A DNA stretch of 64,000 bases from Octopus sinensis. Taxonomy: Eukaryota. This document shows, one piece after another, positions 12,481 through 25,244 of the stretch. The stretch covers positions 12,152,001 through 12,216,000 of the forward strand of contig NC_043000.1 in the NCBI RefSeq assembly GCF_006345805.1, written 5' to 3'. A program made the translations under genes and the position numbers. Position 1 is the first letter of the stretch; each line of letters begins with the position of its first letter. The notes under the pieces were generated by a model that was not told where the DNA came from, did not search any database, and saw only the letters and a list, made by a program, of their open reading frames with translations.

Positions 12481-13003
12481 AGCACCAATGAATATTCAAA
12501 ACTAACAAGACCTGAGAGGGGAAGACCTTCTCTTGGGGAAGCACATGAGAATGTCTCCCATACTGTAGCTAAGATATGAAAACTGAAGAAAAGTCGCCGA
12601 AGGAGCAAAGGACTTGGGTAACACCAATAAGGTAACTTACTGGGTAACTCAAAACTAAAGCAGCCATACGGTTGAGAGAAAGAGTAGGAGAGAGAGAGGT
12701 GACTTTAGACAAGGTATTTTGAAACCTGAAAGTAATGGGGAAAAATAGGTTTATTGTTGTGATAGGGTGTTTGGGAAGAGGCTAACGAAGACAATGTTAC
12801 AGAAGGGAGTAACTATAGTGATTAAAAAAAGAGAAAGTGTCATGGGTTAGCGAGAGGGAGATTTGGAGAGAATGATAAAGAAGTATATATTCCAAAGTGG
12901 CCTTGCTGTGAGTTCGAACCCTTAATCACGTGGTTGCTAAGCAATCCTGTCTGCACCACACAACCATGCTTGCGACACCTACCCTCCTCTCTCTCAATAT
13001 ATA

Positions 13004-13042
<39 letters not shown>

Positions 13043-13358
13043 CATATATATGTATGTATGTATATATGTATGTGTGTGTGTGTGTGTATTCACACGCATA
13101 CATGTATAATATATATAAAACGTAGTCGTTCAGTAAGACGTGTACTTATTAATTATATACGAAAACCTTAATTCTTCTACTGCAGTACACACACACACGC
13201 ACAAACACATATGCATGTCTTTGCGTGTGTGTGTGTGTATATACGCATGTATGTGTACGCGTGTTTGCATATCACCACGATCACACAAGACTTCTCAGTG
13301 ATTAGGCTATCTAAGAAGTAATCTTCCGCACTCTAGGCAACAACAACAACAAAAACCA

Positions 13359-13382
13359 GTAACTAGGCAACTGGTGACGTCA
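13359..13382. promoter_or_regulatory. RFX X-box adjacent to palindromic CRE
   Basis: GTAACTAGGCAAC (13359-13371) and TGACGTCA (13375-13382), extra half site ctaggcaac at ~13333, in unique CpG-containing sequence. Confidence 0.55.
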
Positions 13383-13732
13383 AGTGAAATTCCGCAATTA
13401 TCCTTCCACTAGAAAAAAATAGTGCCTACTACTGTGACAATTGATACTTGAGGCCCACGAGATGGCTGTGATGGCTAGAGCTGTGCTGAGATGGAAGAGC
13501 ACCCACAGATCTCTACGCTTACCTTAAGTCTCGTTACTTAAGTAATGCGGTGGCGCATGTGCTAGCATAGTCTTATTCCCCTTGTATTTGGTTAAGCAGT
13601 TTAATTGCTGGGTTTCCCCCGTTTTTAAACTTTGTTGATAAATAATATATATATATGTGTGCGTGTATAGAAGTATATATATATATATATAAATTTATGA
13701 ATTTGTAGAAATACAGCATTTGTGTGTCTATG

Positions 13733-13766
<34 letters not shown>

Positions 13767-13775
13767 AATGTAACA

Positions 13776-13817
<42 letters not shown>

Positions 13818-13996
13818 TATTTATATGTATGTGAGTGTATATATACGTCTTAGAATGTTTAAATACCATGTGAAAGATTTTGCCAACATTGTAAGGAACG
13901 ACAAATTATGTATATATATACCAGCAAAAGGCGGTGCCCCAGCATGGCCACAGCTCGTGAGCTGAAACTAGATAAAATATATGTGTGTAAAAGATA

Positions 13997-14032
<36 letters not shown>

Positions 14033-14269
14033 AGTACCAGGGTCGATTCGTTCGACTAAAACTTTTCAAACCGGTGCCCCAGCATGGCCGCAGTTTAATG
14101 GCTAAAACATAAAAGATATATATACATAAATATGTATAGAGAGACAGTATGTGTGAGTGCATAGATGTATATATATATACATATGAGCGTTAATTATCTG
14201 TGAATTCCATATAATGTATATATATATACATTTATATGTGAGTGTGTGTGTGTGTGTGTCTGTCTTTAT

Positions 14270-14520
14270 AATGAATGTACTTTCTCTTCCCATCACTCCC
14301 GTCTCCCACTCCGCCTGTGTGTTCACCGCCGCGCGCGCGCGCACATTATCTGGATATCTACTAACCTGCAGAATAAACAAATAAATAAATCCACAAACAA
14401 ACAAACAAACAAATAAAAAATTTTATTTCCTCCTCCCCCCCTCCACCGCCGTCTCCCCCTTCTGAGGGGAAGGGGATAGAGCGATCTAAAGCAGTTGTAG
14501 CCTATCCCCATCCGTCATTG
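14270..14520. promoter_or_regulatory. GC/CpG-rich unique island, promoter- or 5'UTR-like
   Basis: (CG)n run, ggcgg boxes, minus-strand CAG|GTTAGT donor-like site at ~14365. Confidence 0.4.
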
Positions 14521-14715
14521 GAGGAGCTCAAATAATTAACAATATAGGATTGTGGTCAAGAAGAACAAGCAATTAACATTGAATTAGCATATCCATTCCC
14601 GTAAAAAAAAAAAAAAAATCACCCAAAACAAAGAAAGATTTAAGCGACGTGATCTCCGAATCCACCCTCACAAAGTTCTACAACCCCTGGTCTGTCCCAC
14701 CTTGTCGTCTCTCAC

Positions 14716-14765
<50 letters not shown>

Positions 14766-14834
14766 ATCTATCTATCTATCTTTCTATCTATCTATCTATC
14801 TATCTATCTATTATCTATTCTATCTATCTATCTT

Positions 14835-14876
<42 letters not shown>

Positions 14877-14909
14877 ATCTATCTATCTATCTTTCTATCT
14901 ATCTATCTT

Positions 14910-14992
<83 letters not shown>

Positions 14993-14995
14993 GTC
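14716..14995. repeat. (CTAT)n microsatellite
   Basis: Direct reading. Confidence 0.98.
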
Positions 14996-15339
14996 TGTCT
15001 GTTTGTTGTTCAGCCCACAGTCAGCTCTGGCCGAGCAGATCTATGATAAAAAGAAATTAAAAAACCCAAAACATTCCATCCATGGAATTTTTTCAGGGAT
15101 TGTGTTATTCAAACTGTCTTCCAACGTGTGTGAAGCAGATTTGGCTATTATTTCTAGCATGCCGATCGACCACGTAAAGGTTTGGACACGTCATCTCTAT
15201 ACCGTACACCGCCTGAACTCAATGCACCCACTGTGTCTTAACCTCAACTTCTATATCCTCCCCCCACTAATGTCCCTCTTCGAAATTACATACAAAACGC
15301 TGTGTCCTCTTACCCCTCCTCTCTCCCCCAAACTGTAAC

Positions 15340-15995
15340 CCTCTCTTCTCACTGGCTGAATAGTTAGACACAATCACCATCTTTCTTGTGGCTCTTTGGG
15401 TCCTGAGTTCAAACTGTACCAAAATCAACTTTGCCCTTCATCCCTCTGAGGTCAATAAAATACAGCAGCACTTGGTGGTATTGACTAACCTCCTCTGCCT
15501 ATCAAAATTACTGGCCTTGTACTTAAACCAGGAACCCTTAATCCTGGAGGAGTAGCACCTGACTAAATATCCTATTTCTTTACTACCCACAAGGGGCTAA
15601 GCACAGAGGGAACAAACAAGGACAAACAAAGGGATTAAGTCGATTATATCGACTCCAGTGCGTAACTGGTACTTATTTAATCGACCCCGAAAGGATGAAA
15701 GACAAAGTAGACATCGGCGGAATTTGAACTCAGAACGTAAAAACAGACGAAATACTGCTAAGCATTTCACCCGGCGTGCTAATGTTTCTGCCAGCTTGCT
15801 GCCTTACTAAGGATCTACTACGTTCAGATATAGCCATATGGTTAAAAAGTTTGCTTCTCCACTGCATGGTTTCAGGTTCACTTCCTTTGTGTGGCACCTT
15901 GGGCAAGTGTCTTCAGCTATATAGACCCAGGCTGGCCACAAATCCTTGCGAGTGGATTGGGCAAATTGAAAGAAGCCTTATTGTCATCGTTGTCG

Positions 15996-16026
<31 letters not shown>

Positions 16027-16528
16027 TTTAACAGCCACTTTTCCATGCTCACATGGCGGCAAGCTGGCAGAAATGTCAGCATGCTGGGTGAAATGCTTAG
16101 CGGTATTTCGTCTGCCATTATGTTCTGAGTTCAAATTCTGCCGAGGTCGACTTTGCCTTTCATCCTTTCGGGGCCGATAAATTATGTACCAGTTACGCAC
16201 TGGGTTCGATATAATCGACTTAATCTGTTTGTCTGTCCTTGTTTGTCCTCTCTGTGTTTAGCCCCTTGTGGGTACTAAAGAAATAGGTGCCACATAAAAA
16301 GCACCCTGTACACTCAGTAAAGTGGTTGGCATTAGGAAAGGCATGCAGCCATAGAAACCAAGTAAGAAGATACAATAGAGCCTGGTGCAGTCCCTGGTCT
16401 TGCCAGCTCCTGTCAAACTATCCAAGCGATGCCAGATGATGTAATTGACTAGTCCCCTCCTCCCAAATTTCCAGCCTTGTCCCTTTAGTAGAAAGGATTA
16501 TTATTATTATTATCATCATTATTATTAC

Positions 16529-16559
<31 letters not shown>

Positions 16560-17117
16560 GAGTGAGAGAGCAGCGCATGCCATCAAAGTGACACTGGGGT
16601 AAAATATACGAAGCCCAGTATACCCATCATGACTACCCTTCTGATAAGGGTACACTAGGCACATGCATCACAACCTTATGTGCGCGAAAGGGTGATCTCA
16701 TATCAAGATAAATAGCGCATCACCTTGCAGGCGGGGCCCAGTTAGAATTTTCTTCTGGTCGAGTAACCAATCCCGCTCAAAAGGTCCCAGAATAAGGGTT
16801 GTTTAAGGATGTTGAACGAAACACCCATGTTTCCAGAGGTGAATTATTCAAACCCCAAAGAACCCCTCTCAACACATGGCTATGATGCTCCCCCACTACT
16901 TCTGCTCGTGATCAGAGATGCACATATCGTCAGCCACTAAGGGACATGCTCAACTGGTTAAGGTCAAACAACTGACAAGCAAATCTGTGGCATTGAGCAG
17001 AATATTTGATGTAGCCCATCTTTTATACCAAGACAAAACAATGTGCATGATAACACTTCCAATCAGTTGAGATCAGAAGCCATGAGAGCCACCGCCTGGT
17101 ACTGCATCGGGGCATTA

Positions 17118-17148
<31 letters not shown>

Positions 17149-17605
17149 CATTATTATTATTATTAAAACGATGAGCTGGCAGAATCGTTATCATGCCAGA
17201 TGAAATGCTTTGCGGTCATTTGTCAATCTTTACATTCTGAGTTCAGATGCTACTGGGGTTGACTTTGCCTTTCATCCTTTTGGGGGTCGATGAAATAAGT
17301 ACCAGTTACGCACTGGAGTCAATGTAATCGACTAGCTCCCTCCTGCCAAATTTCAGACCTTGTGCTTTTAGTAGAAAGGATTATTATAATTATTAGTGGT
17401 ATTTTATCTGCCACTATGTTCTGAGTTCAAATTCCAATGAGGTCGACTTGGCCCTTCATCCTTTCAGGGTCAATAAATTAAGTATCAATTAATCAGTGGG
17501 GTCAATGTAATCGACTAGCCCCCTCCCACCAAATTTCAGGCCTTGTGCCTATAGTAGAAAGAATTATTACTATTGTTGTTGTTATTATTATTATTATTAT
17601 TATTA

Positions 17606-17647
<42 letters not shown>

Positions 17648-17720
17648 GATAGCAAGCTGGTAGAATTGTTAGCATGCTGGACAAAATGCTTAATGGCATT
17701 TCATCTTTCATTATGTTCTG
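15340..17720. mobile_element. Cluster of family B tRNA-like SINEs with (ATT)n tails, about 7 copies or fragments
   Basis: agctggcagaa...gttcaaattc...gtcgactttgcctttcatcctttcggggtcgataaa...gtaccagtt, repeated. Confidence 0.85.
16560..17113. mobile_element. 554-bp non-coding element embedded in (ATT)n
   Basis: Complex sequence sharply bounded by (ATT)n on both sides; no ORF and no TIRs. Confidence 0.65.
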
Positions 17721-18489
17721 AAAACTAATGCCAACCTCTCCACAGAATGCAGTGGGTGCTTTTAACGTGGGGCCAGCATAAGTACTTTTTAATGTGGCAC
17801 TGGTATGGTTGCTTCTCACATAGCATTAGCGCAGGTGTTTTTTCATGTGGCACAAGTACAGATACTTTTTATGTGGCATCGGCACATAGAGAGAAATATG
17901 CTCACGCACATGAATAGAGAAAGAGAGGGGGAGAGAGAGTGAAAGGGAGAGGGAGAGAACAAGAGGAACATTAAAAAGTCAGATGTCAAATAAGTCAGCA
18001 TCAAATCAACAGCACCGAAACAGCTGTAGCAAAATGTCTCAGATCTTCCACTTGTACCATCTTTATTGTCTTTCTCCTGGCACCACAAGAACTTGCACTA
18101 ATCACAACACACAGTCCTTCCTTTCCAGAATATTTGTTCTCTGGAAATTTCTTTCTGCTAATATCTTCCTTGCAGGTGTTTCCTTAGGAAGATTCTTTGT
18201 GAATGGCTTCAAACTCAGCTGCTTAGTAAGGCCTCTGAGTGGCATGGGCACTGCTCTTTCTTAAAACATGGTGGTGAAGAAGTTTGCTACCTTTGTTTTG
18301 GGTTCAGTCCCACTGTGTTGTATCTTGGGTATGCAACTTTTACTATAGCTCCAGGCTGGCCAAAGCCTTGTGAAGGACTTGGTTGATGGAAACTGAAAGA
18401 AGCCTGTTATGTGTGTGTGTATATTTATATATATGTACACGTGTGTTTGTATAATTGTGTGTGAATTTGTGTCTCCTCGTCTTGACATC

Positions 18490-19290
18490 ACACAATAGTT
18501 ACTCTTTTACTTGTTTCAGTCATTTGACTGTGGCCATGCTGGAGCACCGCCTTTAGTCAAGCAAATCGACCCCAGGACTTATTCTTTGTAAGCCTAGTAC
18601 TTATTCTATCTGTGTCTTTTGCTGAACTGCTAAGTTACAGGGGATGTAAACACACCAGCATCGGTTGTCAAGCAATGTTGCGGGGACAAACACATACACA
18701 CAAACATATACACACACATACATATATATACATACTAGCAGTATCGCCCGGCGTTGCTCAGGTTTGTAAGGGAAATAACTATAAAGCATTTTTAGAGAGT
18801 TATAGCCAAAAAATAGCAAAAAAATGGAAAAAAAATGATGGTAAATTGTTTTTGAGAGTTAAAAAAGGTGGAGTTGCGTCCCCTAGACGGTCTGTGGTTT
18901 GGGTTTCTGATTCTCGACCCCATGTCGAATTTATCGATTTTTTTCAGAACTGGGGGAACTTTTCAAAATTTTTGCTGCGTTAGTTTTGAATTATGACATT
19001 GGGCTATGTGTGTGTCAAGTTTCATCAGAATCGGTTGAAAGCCATGGTCAGAGTGAGGGTACGAGAAAACAGACACACAGAAAACGCACAGACAAACTGC
19101 CGTTTATATAGAGAGAGATATACGACGGGCTTCTTTCAGTTTCTGTCTGCCAAATCCACTCACAAGGCTTTGGTCAGCCCGAGGCTATAGTAGAAGATAC
19201 TTGCCTAAGGTGCCATGCAGTGGGACTGAACCCGGAACCATGTGGTTCGTAAGCAAGCTACTTACCACACAGTCACTCCTACTCCTATAG
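18490..19290 (-). mobile_element. SINE family A split by a Helitron at its internal microsatellite
   Basis: 3' half at 18490-18734, 5' half at 19119-19290. Confidence 0.85.
18735..19118 (-). mobile_element. Non-autonomous Helitron, Lep1-like architecture
   Basis: On minus strand: A|TC start, CTAG|T end, subterminal GC hairpin (cctgagcaacgccggg), no TSD. Confidence 0.85.
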
Positions 19291-19726
19291 TGTAAACAAG
19301 TTGTAAACAAGTATCATTGTCATACAAGCAGTGTGATTCGTTCTCATTTTTCTGTGAAAACATGTCTGGCCATGGGGGAAATATGACTTTGACTGAAAAC
19401 CGTTGAGGGTTGGTGATTAGCATCTAACCATAGAGAATCTGCCTCAAATACATATGAACCATGAAAGTATGCAAAAGTAGAGGTCAAAATGCTGCTGCAG
19501 CTGGTGATGATGGTGATGATGATGATAATGATGAATAAAATTAAAACTTCTTGTTTTAAAATGAGAAGATTTGACTGCTATGTTTAGCAGCTAAAGGTTT
19601 TCAAAAGAGAGCTTCCAATTTTCAGGACTTTATTGATAGAGACTCGATAATACATTTTTGCCAAAATTGAATCAAAACAGATCAAATGTTAAGAAAAAGG
19701 AGAAAATATGCTTCTGCATTATTTAG

Positions 19727-20170
19727 GCGTAGGAGTGGCTGTGTGTTAAGAGGTTTGCTTTCCAACGACATGGTTCCAGGTTCAGTCCTGCTGTGAAGCA
19801 CATCAGGCAAGTGTCTTCTACTATACCAAAGCTTTGTGAGTGGATTTGGCAGATGGAAACTGAAAGAAACCCATTGTGTGTATGTGTGTGTGTGTGTGTA
19901 TGTGTGTGTGTGTGTGTGTATGTGTGTGTGGTGTGTGTGTGTGTGTGTGTGTGTGTGTCTATGTGTGTCTATGTGTTTGTCCTCTATCACTGCTTGACAA
20001 CCAGTGTTCATGAGTTTGTGTCCCTGTAACTTAAAGGTTCAGCAAAAGAGACTGATAAAAAAAGTATCAGTTTTAACAAAAAAAAAATAGTTACAGGGGT
20101 GTTTCATGCAACTAAAATTCCTCAAGGTGGTGCCCCAGCATGGCCACAGTCTAATGACCAAAACAAATAG
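19727..20170 (+). mobile_element. SINE family A
   Basis: ggcgtaggagtggctgtgtg...agcatggccacagtc. Confidence 0.85.
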
Positions 20171-22064
20171 AAGATTAGAAATTCAAAAGAAAAAAAAGAT
20201 TAGATTTTATGGTTGCCGTTTAATACAACAACCCAAGGGAGTTTGTTGCTCCGTCGAGGATTATCCACTTAAACTCCATGGTACGGTCGATTCCCCGTTG
20301 ACTCAACCAATCCCCTGTTTTATAGACAGTAGGGAGTTTATTGAACAAAACTGGGTCTGAAACACTGAGCAAGTTGAACGACCATGTAGGAGCAAATTCA
20401 TTGACCTGTTCATTGAAGGTTTTAAATAAAGAGAAATACCCAATAAAGTCAACATTTATCATCTTATTGTTCTTTTGTCTCTTGATTGATTTTTATAGTG
20501 TTTTTGCAAGTTTCTTTCTTTCTTTTTTTTTTTTTTTTTTTTTAATTTGTTGTATTTATATATTTGTTTGTCTGTCTGTGTGTGTTTGTTTCACATTAGT
20601 CTTTCCAGTTGTACTTTATGAAGATATTGATTTCCACACACTGAATCAATACGGGTTGTATATTTTCTATTATGTGTGCGTCTGTCGTGTGTTTGTATAT
20701 GTGTACAACATTAATAATATGTGTGACTGTGTGTGTGTGTGTGTGTGTGTGTTTGTGTGTGTGTTTGTGTGTGTGTATGTGTGTGTGTATGTGTGTGTAG
20801 TCATATACACAATGCATAAGTTTATACTTACATATACATGCATAATCTATGCAATCACGTGTGTGTGTGCCTATGTGCATGGCTTGTGTGTGTGTGTGTG
20901 TTTGTCTATGTGCATGGTTTGTTTGTGTGTGTGTGTATGCATATTTCTGAGTGTATCTGGTCATATATTATTATTCACAAAACAAAAGTTTATACATACA
21001 TGCATATATACATTCATATATATATATGTGTGTATGTGTGTGTGACCTTGCATATACAGCTCATGTAGTCATATGTATGTACATGTGTGTGTGTGCATGG
21101 GTGTGTGCGTGTATGTGTGTGTATGTGTGTGTATATGTATGTGTATACCAAATTCAGTTTCAATGATAATGATATTATTTCAGTTGTTTGACCAACCAAA
21201 CTGTTTATTCATTGAAGTCTAACCAAAGTGGTTGAGTATTCCATGGACAGTTGTACCCATCATGCAATTCTCAGAAGTGGTATGTTACAGTGCCATCAAG
21301 GCTGGCTTTTAAAATTACAAGTACAGTCCATTCAATTGACCTTCACCCAGTTTCCATCTTCTTAGTATCACTTACAGAGTTTGGACCAACCCAAGGTCAT
21401 GATAAATGCCCTTTGTATAAGATATCACACAGTAGGATCTTTGCTAGAATATCATAATTACAGAACTTTTTCTTAACTTCTCCCATGTATCTTGCATTCG
21501 TTTATTCTTTTATTCTTTTATTTGTTTCAGTCATTTGACTGCGGCCATGCTGGGGCACCACCTTTAGTCGAGCATTGTTTATGTGTTTCAGTTCTTGGAC
21601 TGGGGCACCGTCTTGAAGAGTTCTGTCGAACAGATAGACCCTAGTACTTGCTTTGTAAGTCTGGAAATCATTTTATCGTTCTTTCTTTGCTGAATTGCTA
21701 GGTTATGGAGATGTAGACAAATCAATACCAGTTGTCAGGCAGATGGTGGAGACAAACACACACACACACACACAAATACACACATATGTACACACATACA
21801 AACATATATGCATGCATACAAACATACATATATGCGCGTGGCCACGCATGCACATACACAAATTCACATATACACACCCCTACATACAAACATACATACC
21901 TACATACATACATACATACATACATACACACATACATACACACATACATACATACATACATACATGAATACAAACATGCATACATATATACATACCTAAA
22001 TTTATTCATACATACATACATGCATGCATTCATATATATATATATATGTGTATGTGTGTGTGAG

Positions 22065-22294
22065 TGTGCATTCACAGAGCATTGAGCAGCAGTCCTGGCA
22101 TCGGTATTTTGGTACCCAGTGTGAATCAACATGATACAAGTAACTCTTTTCCAATATTTAAAGGCATTCCAGTTTTCCATGTCAGCTAATTTTTTCTCAA
22201 CTACAGCTTTAATGTTTATGTTCCCCAACACCATCGATTGTTCCTGAAAAAAGGACATTACAAAAATAATCAAATTTGGGCCAAACATCCTGTA
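22065..22294 (-). mobile_element. Tc1/mariner 5' end fragment (TIR plus transposase N-terminus)
   Basis: tacaggatgtttggccc terminus; MENWNAFKYWKRVTCIMLIHTGYQN...AAQCS, HTH-like. Confidence 0.55.
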
Positions 22295-22496
22295 AGTACA
22301 TGTGTTTAAGAAGCTTACTTTGTAACCATGTGATTTGGGGTTTAAGCATTTGGGCTTAAGCTGACCAATGCCTTGAGAACTTTTGTTGATGGAAACCACA
22401 GAAAGCACTTGGCCAAAATACCACACAATGTAACTGAACCCAAAACCATGTAGATGCAAAGCAAACAACTTAACCACACTGTCATTACTGTACCCT

Positions 22497-22530
<34 letters not shown>

Positions 22531-22614
22531 ATATATAAATATATATATCTATAAAAATATATATCTATAAAAATACTATATATATATATATATATATATA
22601 TATCTATCTATCTA

Positions 22615-22662
<48 letters not shown>

Positions 22663-23029
22663 AATATATATATCTATAAAAATACTATATTATGAAGGCA
22701 CATGTCTTAGAGATTGGCTCACAGTTTTGATATTGTGAGTTCAGTTCTTGATGGAACATTGTGTCCCTGAGCAAGACACTTTATTTCACTTTACTACAGT
22801 CCACTCAGCTGGCAAAAATTAATCATGTCTGTAATTCAAAGGACCGGCCTTGTCATATTCTGTATCGCACTGACTCTCCCTGTGAATTACATTAAGGGTA
22901 TGCATGTTTGTGGGGTGCTCAACCATTTGCACATTAATTTCACGAGCAGGCTGTTCTATTGATCGGATCAACTGGAACCCCCCCCCCCATTGTCATAACC
23001 ACCAGAGTGCCAGTTATCATATTTACATA

Positions 23030-23290
23030 TGCCATCAGTATTTGAATGTTTTTTTACACAACTGTTATCTCAATATATGTAGTTACTATTTGAATATATT
23101 TTGCAATATCTGTACATTTGATTGGTATTTGAATATGTTTTACATTACTCTTCAGTATTTTAATATATTTTGCGCAAGTAACTATTATATTTACATCTGT
23201 AGTCAGTATTTGAATATATTTTGCTTTACTAACTGTTGTATTTACATATGTTGTCAATATTTGAATTTATTTTACACTAGTAACTGTTAG
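23030..23290. repeat. Degenerate minisatellite with core cagtatttgaatatattttgc
   Basis: Six cores at 23039, 23087, 23126, 23156, 23207 and 23258. Confidence 0.85.
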
Positions 23291-25244
23291 AGCTATACAT
23301 GTGGAAACTATTTGGTTGTGTTTTGTACTAATATCAATTATAAATACAGTATTTGAAAGAAATTCAGTCATCATATAAAGTATTGCCTGAAAGTATTGTT
23401 TTTGTATTTAATTTTTCTAGATTCTCATTTTGTAACCTCAGGTTCGGTTCCACTGCATAGCACCTTTGCTGTCTTCACTAAAGTTCCGAGGGCTGACCGC
23501 TGCCTTGAGTTTTATCTTTTATCTTTTACTTTTTTCAGTCATTAGATCCTGGCCTTGCTGGAAGAATTTTTTATATATACAAATTTTTGTGAATATACAA
23601 ACTTTTAGTTGAATTAATTGACTCCAATACTTAATTTTTTTTTAAAGCTGGTACTTAGTCTATTAGTCTCTTTTGATGAACTGCTAAGTTATGGAGATGT
23701 AAACACACCAAGTAATAGTGGGGGACAAAAAACACAAAGACACACACACACAAAATACAACGGGCTTTTTGAGTTTCTGTCTACCAAATCTACTCAAAAG
23801 GCTTTGGTTGGCTTAAGGCAATAGTAGAAGACAATTGCCCAAGGTGCTGCACAGTGGGACTGAACCCGGAACCATGTGATTGGGAAGTAAACTTCTTAGC
23901 ACCACAGCCACGCCAATGTGTGAATTCATTTGAGAGAAACTGCACAAAGCCCATTTGTATAAATGTATCACCATCAGCAATTATATTTTCATGTCTACCT
24001 TTTCCATGGTCAACTGGAATTCATCGAGGCAGATTTTCTATGGTGGTATACTCTCTCTGTCAGCAACTCTCAGCTGTTTCCAATCTAGGTCATATTTCCA
24101 CATGGCCGGATATATTTTCATGGAAGATTGAAAATGAACAACACCTCTTGTGTGATGGCGATGCTTGTTTATAACTACTGTGTGAAATCAAGACAATGAG
24201 ACACAATAAACATACACACACACAACGAATTTAGGAAAAGGTCACAGTCATGTTGTGGAGGCATGTGGCTTAGTGGTTAGGGTGTGGGACTCATGATTGT
24301 AAGATTGTGGTTTCGATTCTGGACTAGGTGACGCTTTGTGTTTTTGAGCAAATTACTTCGTTTCATGTTGCTCCAGTCGACTCATCTAGTACAAATGAGT
24401 AATCTTGCAACAGACTGGCATCTTATTCAGGCGGGGGATATATATGCCATGAAACCCTGAAACTGACCCCTATCAATTGGTATGACTTGAAAAGGTAACT
24501 TTACCTTACTTTACTAACAATCAAGTTAATTAAATTTAGTACTTAAATGATATTTACTACTTATTCCATTAACCTAGAAAAATGAAAAACAAAAGTCAGC
24601 CCTAGTGGGATTTGAACTCTGGACTCAAAAGGAGAGACCTAAGTATTGCGCGGCCTCTAATCTCCTATGCTACTGCTGTTCTGTCACAGTACCACCTTAA
24701 TAATATTAATAGCACTTACTGTTCATAAATCTAATCGAATTTGTTTCATTAATAATGTTAGATGTGTTAATGTATTGTGACTTGTTTAAGGTTTTAACAC
24801 ATTATTCATAATACTAATATTGTTAGTTGTGTTGATGTATTCATATAGAGTGGAGTGTCTTGTTTAAGGTTCAACATTTACAACATTCATAATAATAAAA
24901 GTTTTAGAAATGTTAGTGTATCCATATAAAATGATGAATAGCAAACCTAAAGAAAACAAGACTTCCTGCGTGATTTAGTTTGGAAGTTTTCCTGATGTCA
25001 AAGGTCGCATGTCATGCTGGCTGTGTGGTCAATTTGAACAAATAGTAGTGTCTTTATGACAACCATATTTATTTTTGTGGCAGCTAAATTTGGCAGGTTT
25101 AAATGACAGAATTGTTAGCCGGTAAGCATTACCTTTGATAAACAATGGAGAGTTGGGATAAGAGAGTGGATATGGTATTGGACATCTTGCTAACAGGTCA
25201 TCAGTTCAAGTCCACTATTGGTGTCTTTATCATATTTTGTGGGT

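Noticed and set aside
13400-13625. Possible Pol III ncRNA (minus strand ends in a T7 run)
   Set aside because: No recognisable 7SK, RNase P/MRP, telomerase or snRNA motifs.
16560-17113. 11-12 nt similarities to U1 (gtagtggggga) and U2 (cctggtaYtgca) snRNA
   Set aside because: Too short, on opposite strands, with no Sm site or surrounding homology.
20220-20462. KWIILDG resembles the dynein heavy chain AAA2 motif KWIxFDG
   Set aside because: The following residues do not match (no PVD...W.E), and a stop follows within 11 codons.
21240-21500. Minus-strand donor and open stretch, or Gypsy integrase-like PWVGP motif
   Set aside because: Multiple stops and too little similarity to call either.
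22065-22250. Strong minus-strand acceptor followed by an open frame, suggesting a host exon
   Set aside because: It is better explained as a transposase N-terminus lying just inside a Tc1/mariner-type terminus.
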